The notes beneath the pieces are model-generated. The model was not told the DNA's origin. It was given only the letters and a program-made list of their open reading frames with translations, and made no database searches. This document shows positions 17,337 through 25,304 of a DNA stretch of 64,000 bases, one piece after another (within the stretch, counting starts at the first letter, position 1; every line of letters starts with the position of its first letter). Made by a program: the position numbers and the translations under genes. The stretch comes from a bacterium (lineage in GTDB: Bacteria; Patescibacteriota; Minisyncoccia; Phycocordibacterales; UBA2100). The stretch spans positions 103,451 through 167,450 of the forward strand of contig JAYPJF010000002.1 of NCBI GenBank assembly GCA_038128225.1, in the 5' to 3' direction.

Positions 17337-17603
17337 GCCATGGTATTTGGGAAAAAAGGAATAGAGAATGCCCCAAGCGTAAAAAAAGAATCACTGGGCA
17401 CGCGGCCGTTTACATACGCAGATATTAAGGCGCATTGTGAAGGATCCACGATACACAACGATCTCAATAGGCCAGAAGTACGAGATTTACTAAATCGTTG
17501 GGAGCAGACGGGTATAGATTCGATAACAGGAGATTCGTCTGTGCGTACAAAATTACTGCAAGAGATCAACGAGGTCCTCGGTCGGAGTGGGCAGATGCAC
17601 TGA
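17337..17603 (+). CDS. hypothetical small protein (88 aa)
   Basis: ORF only, no motif. Follows the membrane gene with a 14-nt gap. Confidence 0.3.
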   Translation, partial: AMVFGKKGIENAPSVKKESLGTRPFTYADIKAHCEGSTIHNDLNRPEVRDLLNRWEQTGIDSITGDSSVRTKLLQEINEVLGRSGQMH

Positions 17604-17706
17604 TGCTGTTCACGTTTGTACATGTGTACAGCCGCAATGGGCTTGTTCGAGCAACTACTTTGTGACATAACTCTTCTAGACCACATGGTCCGAAAAGGAG
17701 AGTTGC

Positions 17707-18438
17707 ATGATACACAGTATCGACCTGCGGGTGCCAGAAAGAATTCAGCTTCTGATGGATGCAGAAAATGTTGAAGGCGTTCTGCGTGAAGTGTTGTCCC
17801 CAGGTGACGACGACGCTACATTCCATGACACACTCAGCGAATACCGACTCACCACACATCTTGTTGAATGGCTCGCAGCGCGAATCAATTTCGAACAAGG
17901 GGTTCGCCTCTCTGAAGAAGCGGATCTTTCGCGCGACACCAAAGCGCTGGTGCTTGGACGAATGGCCGCGGTTGCTTCTGCCGCTGAGGCTCAGAAATTT
18001 ATTGCCGGCATAGTGGAGAGTTGTGGGCATGATCTAGGAGATGAGGAATTGTTCCAGATCATGCCGTTTGTCCGAGCGGCTTGTGAGGAACAGGGGCATG
18101 AAGCAGCGCGCGCCGTTATCCGAGGCTTGGTGCACTACATGTACCATAGCGCAGACAGTACTGCGCGTGCAGACCTAAACACCTTACTCGCGCGCGCGTC
18201 GGGCTCTGGAGTCGCTCCCAGTCTGAATTCTGCGCCGCGAGAGCCAGTGATCGTAGTGCTTGTACTGCTCGGCATGCTCGTTTTTGGAATTGGTGCCTCC
18301 GCCGGTTTTATACCGAACCCACTCTCAGAGCCGGGTTTTGCGGAAACTATCGGCTGGGGTTTGCTCGTGGGCGCGTGTGTTGGTGCTGTAGTGGGGCTGG
18401 TTGTCCGCATAGCAACTGTTCTGCGACGCAGGCAGTAA
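17707..18438 (+). CDS. hypothetical protein with two C-terminal TM helices
   Basis: SD AAAGGAGAG before the ATG; C-terminal hydrophobic helices; GC hairpin terminator at 18462-18494. Confidence 0.5.
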   Translation: MIHSIDLRVPERIQLLMDAENVEGVLREVLSPGDDDATFHDTLSEYRLTTHLVEWLAARINFEQGVRLSEEADLSRDTKALVLGRMAAVASAAEAQKFIAGIVESCGHDLGDEELFQIMPFVRAACEEQGHEAARAVIRGLVHYMYHSADSTARADLNTLLARASGSGVAPSLNSAPREPVIVVLVLLGMLVFGIGASAGFIPNPLSEPGFAETIGWGLLVGACVGAVVGLVVRIATVLRRRQ

Positions 18439-18494
18439 AGGACTTAAAGTTTTGCGAGCGCGCGGCGAATGTCGCGCGCTCTTTGTCTAGCTAG

Positions 18495-18522
18495 TTGAAA
18501 CAAATGCAAAGTGTTGTATATT
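18495..18522 (+). promoter_or_regulatory. sigma70-like promoter (TTGAAA-16nt-TATATT)
   Basis: The -35/-10 hexamers with a 16-nt spacer lie 30 nt upstream of the 18552 ATG. Confidence 0.45.
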
Positions 18523-18551
18523 CTTGACGGCAGTCACATAGGGATTGGAAA

Positions 18552-18953
18552 ATGGAAAACATCGGGATCGTGTCGGCAGCATGGGTGTTGGGAATTAACA
18601 TATGCGCCATATTGGTAGTTGTTGCGGGCGCAGAAACCATCATTGATCTATGCAGGGCAGTGTATTACTTGGTGAGATATCCGCATATCGATACCGATAT
18701 TCTTTCGGCTTTGAGCGACTCTGCGTGGTGGACGTTTCCGAAACTTGAGCAGTATGATGCGCGACGTTTCAGTTACGACCTACATGTGCACGTGTCGCGC
18801 CTCAAAGAAGCAGGCCTTATTGAGACGGAGGGCGGCTCTCCAATTGGAAGGGTCGCGCGACGCGGCATGCGCTTCCGCATAACCCCAAAAGGGCAGTGGA
18901 AGTTACAGAATTTCACGAAACAGCATGCGCATGCGTATAGGCGCGCCCGGTAA
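18552..18953 (+). CDS. hypothetical protein, N-terminal TM plus possible winged-helix C-terminus
   Basis: TM helix (IGIVSAAWVLGINICAILVVVAGA) and a basic C-terminal region. A bidirectional hairpin AAAGCCCGCC-GATAA-GGCGGGCTTT follows at 18991-19015. Confidence 0.45.
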   Translation: MENIGIVSAAWVLGINICAILVVVAGAETIIDLCRAVYYLVRYPHIDTDILSALSDSAWWTFPKLEQYDARRFSYDLHVHVSRLKEAGLIETEGGSPIGRVARRGMRFRITPKGQWKLQNFTKQHAHAYRRAR

Positions 18954-19032
18954 CGGGCGCATTTTTTATAGGATTTTCTCAGGCTTCGCAAAAGCCCGCC
19001 GATAAGGCGGGCTTTCTGGTAAAACAGATTTA

Positions 19033-19377
19033 TCAGATAGTGGGGGCCGCATCAGCGAGGGCCTTGTAGTACATCGCGGCGCAGTGAAGTGCTTTGCGAC
19101 CGTCAGGCTCGATCGTGTACATGGCGACCATTTTTTTATTTTTGGATGGCAGGTGACTCTTACTCGAAACGAAACGTCGATTACGCAATCGTCTAAGCGA
19201 AACACCAATTTGCTGAATCGTGATTGTCACGTTGAGTCTTTTGGCGATTGCCTGTGCGATTGCAAAAGAATAGTTTGTAGCGTTCGGTGAGCGGGTTAGC
19301 TCGCACAGAATCAGGTACTGTACCGGTGCCAGCACCATGTGGTGCCTTGGTAACGGAAGGGTTATCTTTGGAGACAT
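19033..19377 (-). CDS. PadR-family transcriptional regulator (winged helix)
   Basis: LILCELTRSPNATNYSFAIAQAIAKR..IQQIGVSLRRL...YTIEPDGRKAL matches the PadR HTH plus wing pattern. SD AGAGGA before the ATG. Confidence 0.55.
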   Translation of the reverse strand: MSPKITLPLPRHHMVLAPVQYLILCELTRSPNATNYSFAIAQAIAKRLNVTITIQQIGVSLRRLRNRRFVSSKSHLPSKNKKMVAMYTIEPDGRKALHCAAMYYKALADAAPTI

Positions 19378-19550
19378 TGCGGCATCCTCTTTTTACATTG
19401 CTTTTATTCATCTATCACGGTGTATACACTGTGTCAAAATGAAACTGCCAGGGCCCGCGCGCCACACCCATCCGTTCTCTTGTGCTTTACATGTTTTTAT
19501 GGTAAAGAAATTTTGGAGCAAAAAGCTCTTGAACATAAAGGAGAAATTCA

Positions 19551-20051
19551 ATGACCTCGGCTTCGAAGAATAAGGATCTCCGTCAAAGGCTCGTGGAGGC
19601 GTTGACCGCTACGACGAAAAAAGCGATCAAGGCAAAGGATGTGCCTGCAACGATGCCGAAAGATGCACGCGCTCTCGGCGAAGCCCCGCCTCATCTTCAG
19701 CACCTCTTTGCGCTGTTGTGGGAGGCGGCCGATCGGATGACTCAGATGGTCACCGCGGCTCAGGAAACTGGAATTGACAAGGCAGGGAAAGAAGCCAAAA
19801 TCGCGTTTGTGCGGAAGGTCGAAGAGATGCAGGATCAGGTACAAGCGCTTCGGGCGCTCTTCTATCAGCTCGTCAGTGAGTATTACGCCCCTGATACCCA
19901 GAAGGGGGGTATTCTTTTTGGTTACGGAGCCACGCTCCAAGGAGGAGTTCTCCATATGTACGCTCACACTGCAAAGAGTGCCGAAGAGGCTGCAATGCGT
20001 GAGGCGCTGTTTGGTAGAGGCGGCATTGGGGTCACTATCCTCAAGATGTGA
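19551..20051 (+). CDS. hypothetical protein (166 aa) upstream of the TasA-like locus
   Basis: SD AAGGAGAAA before the ATG. Followed by the terminator at 20067-20097 (GGGGCGCGCAAC-GAGA-GTTGCGCGCC-TTTTT). Confidence 0.5.
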   Translation: MTSASKNKDLRQRLVEALTATTKKAIKAKDVPATMPKDARALGEAPPHLQHLFALLWEAADRMTQMVTAAQETGIDKAGKEAKIAFVRKVEEMQDQVQALRALFYQLVSEYYAPDTQKGGILFGYGATLQGGVLHMYAHTAKSAEEAAMREALFGRGGIGVTILKM

Positions 20052-20066
20052 AGCGAGGTTGAGAAG

Positions 20067-20097
20067 TGGGGCGCGCAACGAGAGTTGCGCGCCTTTT
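20067..20097 (+). terminator. rho-independent terminator
   Basis: 10-bp GC stem plus a T5 run. Confidence 0.7.
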
Positions 20098-20322
20098 TCA
20101 CAAGTGACGAAAAATTCGCCGCCGCATTTTTGGGATAAAAAATCTTTATACACATATTGTTCACATCTTCTCCACGCAATTCACAATTGACCGCTTGCAT
20201 TAATGCGCGCGATGATTCTAACGGGACTATTCTTTTGCTGCGCGCGGCGCGTGCGCTACTCCGCGGGCAGCACGGGAAAGTTTTCATTATTAAGTTTACA
20301 AGTTTTTAATTTAACAAATTGC

Positions 20323-21240
20323 ATGAATAGAATTCTTTTGAGTTTGGGTGTGATTGCATTTGTGGGTGCCGCAGCTGCAGGTGCAACGGGCGCGTTCTTC
20401 AACGACACAGAAACGTCGACAGGAAACACGTTTGCTGCAGGAGATATCGATCTTCAGATTGATAGCGTCGCGCACTACAACGGAATGGTGTGTACTTTAG
20501 TTGGAAACACCTACCACTGGATTCCAGAAAGCGATGTGACTTTGGATCAAAATATGCAACCAGTTGCGGATGTGGATATGAACGAGCAGACAGAGTGGGA
20601 CGTATTCAATACTGCGAATCCGACCCAATATCCAGAGGCAGGTACTGCGTGTCAAGGTACGTGGCCGGTAGGCAATCTCGACGAAAACACACTCGGCATG
20701 GACGAGTTTTTCAACTTCTCCGATATTAAGCCAGGTGATAATGGGGAAAACACGGTCTCGGTTCACGTGGGAAGCAACGATGCGTGGATGTGTGTCTCAA
20801 TCGCGAATATTGCGGATGCAGACAACACATGTACTGAGCCTGAGGATAGCGAAGTTGGAGAGCTTTGTACTGTCAGCGTGCCTGAAAACACTGTAAACGG
20901 TGAGCTCGATTCAAATCTCAACTTCTTCGCATGGCGTGACGACGGAGACAACGTGTTTGAAAGCGGTGAAGTTGCACTTGGCGGGCCGGTTGCCGCAAAT
21001 ACATTGCTCGCTCAATCATGGGCGCTCGCGGAGAGCGGTGATACGCCAATCCCTGGAGATTCCACACAATATATCGGTCTTGCATGGTGCGCAGGCACAA
21101 TGAGTGTCGTGGGCAACACAATCTCATGTAATGGGTCAGGTATGAGTAACCTTGCTCAAACTGATTCATGGGGGGCGGATCTGACGTTCTACGTAGAACA
21201 GTCCCGAAACAATCCGAATTTCCTCTGTAATCAAGATTAA
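20323..21240 (+). CDS. TasA/CalY (camelysin, peptidase M73)-like secreted protein with SipW-cognate class signal peptide, paralog 1
   Basis: N-terminus MNRILLSLGVIAFVGAAAAGATGAFFNDTETSTGNTFAAGDIDLQIDS. Conserved blocks FFNFSDIKPGDNGENTVSVH, AWRDDGDNVFESGE, YIGLAWCAGT, NLAQTD...FYVEQSRNNPNFLC. Confidence 0.75.
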   Translation: MNRILLSLGVIAFVGAAAAGATGAFFNDTETSTGNTFAAGDIDLQIDSVAHYNGMVCTLVGNTYHWIPESDVTLDQNMQPVADVDMNEQTEWDVFNTANPTQYPEAGTACQGTWPVGNLDENTLGMDEFFNFSDIKPGDNGENTVSVHVGSNDAWMCVSIANIADADNTCTEPEDSEVGELCTVSVPENTVNGELDSNLNFFAWRDDGDNVFESGEVALGGPVAANTLLAQSWALAESGDTPIPGDSTQYIGLAWCAGTMSVVGNTISCNGSGMSNLAQTDSWGADLTFYVEQSRNNPNFLCNQD

Positions 21241-21347
21241 CTAGTCTCTCTAGCCGTACTACGCTCGATTCGTTCGAGCGTAGCGGGCTGAAGGGATAAG
21301 TCTCACAGCGATTAGCCAGGTTGGATTATTAAACTCAGAAAATCTGC

Positions 21348-22826
21348 ATGAAAAGAATCTTATTAAGCCTTGGAACAATCGTGTTTATTGGCGCAAGCGT
21401 TGTAAGTGCAACAGGCGCATTTTTCAATGACACAGAAACGTCGACAGGAAACACGTTTGCTGCAGGAGACATCGATCTTCGAATCGACAATGAAAGTTAT
21501 GCTACTAACAACGCGGGGGTGCTTGTCGCGAGCCCGAATAATTCGTGGGCGCTTTCAGATCTGACCAGCCAGTTATTTTTCAGTTTTGACGATCTCAAAC
21601 CGGGAGACATCGGGGAGGACACGATCTCGGTACACGCGGGGTCAAATGATGCCTGGGCATGTATGGCAGCAGACATAACCGCAACGCCAGACAATGGCAT
21701 AAACGAACCAGAAGCAGACGCCGGTGACGTAACCGACGGCGCACAAGGTGGTGAACTTCAAAATTATCTCAATTTCGTATTTTGGCGTGACGACGGAGAC
21801 AACGTGTTTGAAAACGACGAAGCGCAAATTACACAATGGGTTGGCCAGGCAGGCACCTTGTTTAACGGCGCGTGGGCACCGATTGCTGATGCGCAAAACG
21901 GCGCTGTTATTTCTGGAGGGACAACACGCTACGTAGGCAAGGCATGGTGCTTCGGCACGCTCGCAGCCGCTGCAGTTGCTCAAGACGGACAAGGCAAAAC
22001 GGGAAACAACGGCCCGCTCGCGCGCGGCACAGGATTTACGTGTTCAGGTGTGGGCAATCAAAACAACGCGCAGACAGACGGCGTCCTCGTTGACGTTTCA
22101 TTCTATGCAACACAGGCTCGCAACAATGGAAGCTTCGTATGTTCCTCATTGGCGCCGTTTGCGGGCAGTAGCACCGTTGTTGAAATTACGGAGAGTGCAC
22201 TCTCAGAATCACCGAGTGACTTGCTCGCAGCTCCTAACTCGTGGCTCTTCTACAATGACACCAACGATACAATCATGACGATTGATCAGTTTGCGCCGAA
22301 TGGCGAAAACCACATGGACACTATTGCGGGTGCCGAGGGTGCAAAGATGCTTCTTGCGGACGCTTCAAGTCGCTACAACATTGCAACGTATAAGTACAAA
22401 GATGTGAAATTGAGCGATATCAACTCGCTTAAGTACCGCATATACGACGGCTCTGCTTCAGCTGAGACACCGTACCTGCACTTCAATGTTGACTTCGTAA
22501 ACAACGACACGTGGCAGCGACGCTTGGTGATGGTGCCAACGGGTGTTGTCGCAAATACATGGACTACTGTTGATGCGATTGCCGGTGGCACAGCACTGTG
22601 GACCTACTCAGGAACTTTCTGGCCCGCAGGTTCAACCAGCAACGGCTCGATTCCTGGCGCAACAGCACGTTCGTGGAATGACATTCTTGCCGATTACCCG
22701 AATGCGGAGACACGCTCGACCGATTCATTCTTCGGTGTTCGCGTTGGTCATCCAGGACCAGCGGGGGAGACCGGGTATGTGGACTGGGTTGAGTTCAACG
22801 GAGAGACAAGTGATTTCGTCCAGTAA
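21348..22826 (+). CDS. TasA/CalY-like secreted protein with SipW-cognate signal, paralog 2 (long C-terminal extension)
   Basis: MKRILLSLGTIVFIGASVVSATGAFFNDTETSTGNTFAAGDIDLRIDN and the same conserved blocks (FFSFDDLKPGDIGEDTISVH, FWRDDGDNVFENDE, YVGKAWCFGT, FYATQARNNGSFVC). Extra C-terminal domain of about 230 aa. Confidence 0.75.
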   Translation: MKRILLSLGTIVFIGASVVSATGAFFNDTETSTGNTFAAGDIDLRIDNESYATNNAGVLVASPNNSWALSDLTSQLFFSFDDLKPGDIGEDTISVHAGSNDAWACMAADITATPDNGINEPEADAGDVTDGAQGGELQNYLNFVFWRDDGDNVFENDEAQITQWVGQAGTLFNGAWAPIADAQNGAVISGGTTRYVGKAWCFGTLAAAAVAQDGQGKTGNNGPLARGTGFTCSGVGNQNNAQTDGVLVDVSFYATQARNNGSFVCSSLAPFAGSSTVVEITESALSESPSDLLAAPNSWLFYNDTNDTIMTIDQFAPNGENHMDTIAGAEGAKMLLADASSRYNIATYKYKDVKLSDINSLKYRIYDGSASAETPYLHFNVDFVNNDTWQRRLVMVPTGVVANTWTTVDAIAGGTALWTYSGTFWPAGSTSNGSIPGATARSWNDILADYPNAETRSTDSFFGVRVGHPGPAGETGYVDWVEFNGETSDFVQ

Positions 22827-22940
22827 TTCGTCTTTAGCCGCACTCGACATTCTGGCAGAGCCAAAGTGTCGAGCGGGCTGAAGGAGAAGGCGTCTTTTCA
22901 GCAAGGTCTTTTAACAAGTTCAGTTTAAGCATTACACAGT

Positions 22941-24404
22941 ATGCGCAGAATATTTCTGAGTGTTTTGACGATCGTGGCAGTCGGCGGTGCAGTAATTGGC
23001 GGAACGGGTGCGTTTTTTAGTGACACGGAAACAGCTACGGGAAATTTGTTTACCGCAGGTGCACTTGATTTGAAAGTTGACAATGATAGCTACTACAACG
23101 GGAATCGTTGTACGTTTCTTGATGCGCAGGCAACAACGTCACCTGGCTTTTACTGGCAGGGAAATGCCGTGTACCCGGTGCCAGGTTCACCTTGTGAGAC
23201 CTCGTTTCCTGAATCAGACCTTGACGACGGACGCCTCTTCTTTAATTTCACCGACATGAAGCCAGATGATGAAGGTGAAGACACAATCTCCTTGCATGTA
23301 CAAAACGACGCCTGGGCGTGTCTCGATGTTTCTCTCACGTCAAACGACGATCGTTCAACGACCGAACCTGAAGGCCAAGTCGATGCTCTTGAAGATATAA
23401 ACAACACATGGGATGGGGAGCTCGCACAAAATCTGCAATTTTATTGGTGGGCAGACGATGGAGACAATGTATACGAAACGGGAGAAAATTCGCTCACTAA
23501 CGGGCAAGTGATGTCTCTTATGGATCTTGCGAGCACCAGCGGCATGTTTTCAGTGCCACTCGCAGATTCAACTCAAAACGCGTGGGGTGTAGGCGGTCCA
23601 CTTCCTGCTAATCAGGTAATGTATATTGGTAAAGCGTGGTGTTTCGGAACGCTCACACTTGATCCGGTTCCTGCAGGGCAGGGCGTGAATCCTACAGTTG
23701 ACCCAGGGGTGAACTGTGACGGAACTGCGCTCACCAACCTCACTCAGACCGATGGCGTGACGCTCGATATGGCTTTCCGCACGGTTCAGGCGCGCAATAA
23801 CCGCAACTTCGTATGTTACGAGGATACAACTCGCGCAACAATCACTGTGGTAAAGCAAATTACGAATGACAATGGCGGCAACAATGTTGTTGCAGACTTC
23901 CAGCTCTTCTTGGACAACGGCGTAGTGACGATTCCAGTTACTTCTGGCGCGGGGAACGTGGTTAGCGGTGGAACCTACACAGTTGCCGAGACCGGCGTTC
24001 AAGGGTATGTCGGATCGTTTATTCAAGGACCTGGCCAAGACTGTGACGCGAATGGCCAAGTGACCATTGCAGCGGGGGAAAGCAAAACATGTGTCCTCAC
24101 AAACAACGATCTTCCTGCAACTATCACGCTTGTGAAAAACGTAACGGGAACACCACCGCTTGCGAGTCCGACGGTGTTCGGTCTGAACATCGACGGCGGC
24201 TTGGTGCCGCACAACACCTCGGTGCAGGTTTCGGCAAACACACCGCATCTAATTAACGAAGCAGGTCGTGCAGGGTACACCTTCTCAGGACCAATCACTG
24301 GTACATCAAACTATGGCCAGTCATGTCCGGCAGTATTAGGAGGCTCTGTAACGCTTGCTGAAGGGGAAGCGATCACGTGTACGATTACCAACAATAAGAA
24401 TTAA
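22941..24404 (+). CDS. TasA/CalY-like secreted protein with SipW-cognate signal, paralog 3, with two C-terminal Ig-like beta-sandwich repeats
   Basis: GGTGAFFSDTETATGNLFTAGALDLKVDN and conserved blocks. C-terminal tandem repeats ITVVKQITNDNGG...TYTVAETGVQGY...TCVLTNNDLPATITLVKNV...TCTITNN. Confidence 0.75.
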   Translation: MRRIFLSVLTIVAVGGAVIGGTGAFFSDTETATGNLFTAGALDLKVDNDSYYNGNRCTFLDAQATTSPGFYWQGNAVYPVPGSPCETSFPESDLDDGRLFFNFTDMKPDDEGEDTISLHVQNDAWACLDVSLTSNDDRSTTEPEGQVDALEDINNTWDGELAQNLQFYWWADDGDNVYETGENSLTNGQVMSLMDLASTSGMFSVPLADSTQNAWGVGGPLPANQVMYIGKAWCFGTLTLDPVPAGQGVNPTVDPGVNCDGTALTNLTQTDGVTLDMAFRTVQARNNRNFVCYEDTTRATITVVKQITNDNGGNNVVADFQLFLDNGVVTIPVTSGAGNVVSGGTYTVAETGVQGYVGSFIQGPGQDCDANGQVTIAAGESKTCVLTNNDLPATITLVKNVTGTPPLASPTVFGLNIDGGLVPHNTSVQVSANTPHLINEAGRAGYTFSGPITGTSNYGQSCPAVLGGSVTLAEGEAITCTITNNKN

Positions 24405-24409
24405 CGCGT

Positions 24410-25303
24410 ATGGTTACGCGGGTAGCAGCTCGGGCAACAATCGCAACGGTCGTTGCGGTTGTTGCAATAGCTGCATACACCGCGCGTGGTGTTGAGCCGG
24501 GGATTACGTTTGCAACACAAGGTATCGACCTCAAAATTGACAGCAAAGCGTGGTACAACGGCGCACTCGTTCCTTCGGCGACGTGGGCTTTGAAGAATCT
24601 TGTTCCTGGGTCTGACAAGTTTTTCAATCTCACCGATATAAAACCCGGGGATACCGGTTGCAATGTGATCTCGATGCACATTCAGAAAAAAGATGCATGG
24701 ATGTGTTTGGACTTCAAAAACTTGCAGCAAAGCGAGAATGGCGTGAACGAACCGGAATCGAGCGCAGACACCACAAGTGGAGCGGGTGACCTTGCGGACG
24801 GGCTCGAGTTTTTTGGCTGGGAAGACGATGGAGATGGGAAGTTTGAGCCACCGCGCGAGCAGACTCTTTTTGGCACAACAACACAAGCAGCGTCGTACGT
24901 GTTTAATAACAAAACATATGTCATCGGTGATTCACGGCGTGGCAATATATGCCGGAAAGATACAGTGCGCTTTGTCGGCATGTGTTGGTGCGCGGGGAAT
25001 CTCAGTGTGAATTGGATTGCCGGAAAAACGAGCTGTGATGCAACTGCGCTAGGCAACGAAGCACAAACAGACACGATGAGTGTTGATGTGGAGATTCGTG
25101 CCGAACCCGCACAAGACAAGCCTAAGTTTGTATGCGGCACAACACCGCCAGGAAACGGTGGCACTAACCCACCTGCTGTGCCACCTGCACCTTCGCCAAC
25201 CACGACACCACCAACTACGAATAAGCTTCAAGATCTCATAACCGACCTACTCAACCGCACTGGTTCGATTCGTGATCGCATCCCCGTGATCCCACGACCA
25301 TAG
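24410..25303 (+). CDS. TasA/CalY-like paralog 4 with divergent N-terminal signal and Pro/Thr-rich C-terminus
   Basis: Shares FFNLTDIKPGDTGCNVISMH, FFGWEDDGDGKFE, FVGMCWCAGN, NEAQTD...KPKFVC. The N-terminus lacks the FFxDTE motif. 5-nt gap after paralog 3 and a 1-nt gap before the peptidase gene. Confidence 0.65.
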   Translation: MVTRVAARATIATVVAVVAIAAYTARGVEPGITFATQGIDLKIDSKAWYNGALVPSATWALKNLVPGSDKFFNLTDIKPGDTGCNVISMHIQKKDAWMCLDFKNLQQSENGVNEPESSADTTSGAGDLADGLEFFGWEDDGDGKFEPPREQTLFGTTTQAASYVFNNKTYVIGDSRRGNICRKDTVRFVGMCWCAGNLSVNWIAGKTSCDATALGNEAQTDTMSVDVEIRAEPAQDKPKFVCGTTPPGNGGTNPPAVPPAPSPTTTPPTTNKLQDLITDLLNRTGSIRDRIPVIPRP

Positions 25304-25304
25304 T

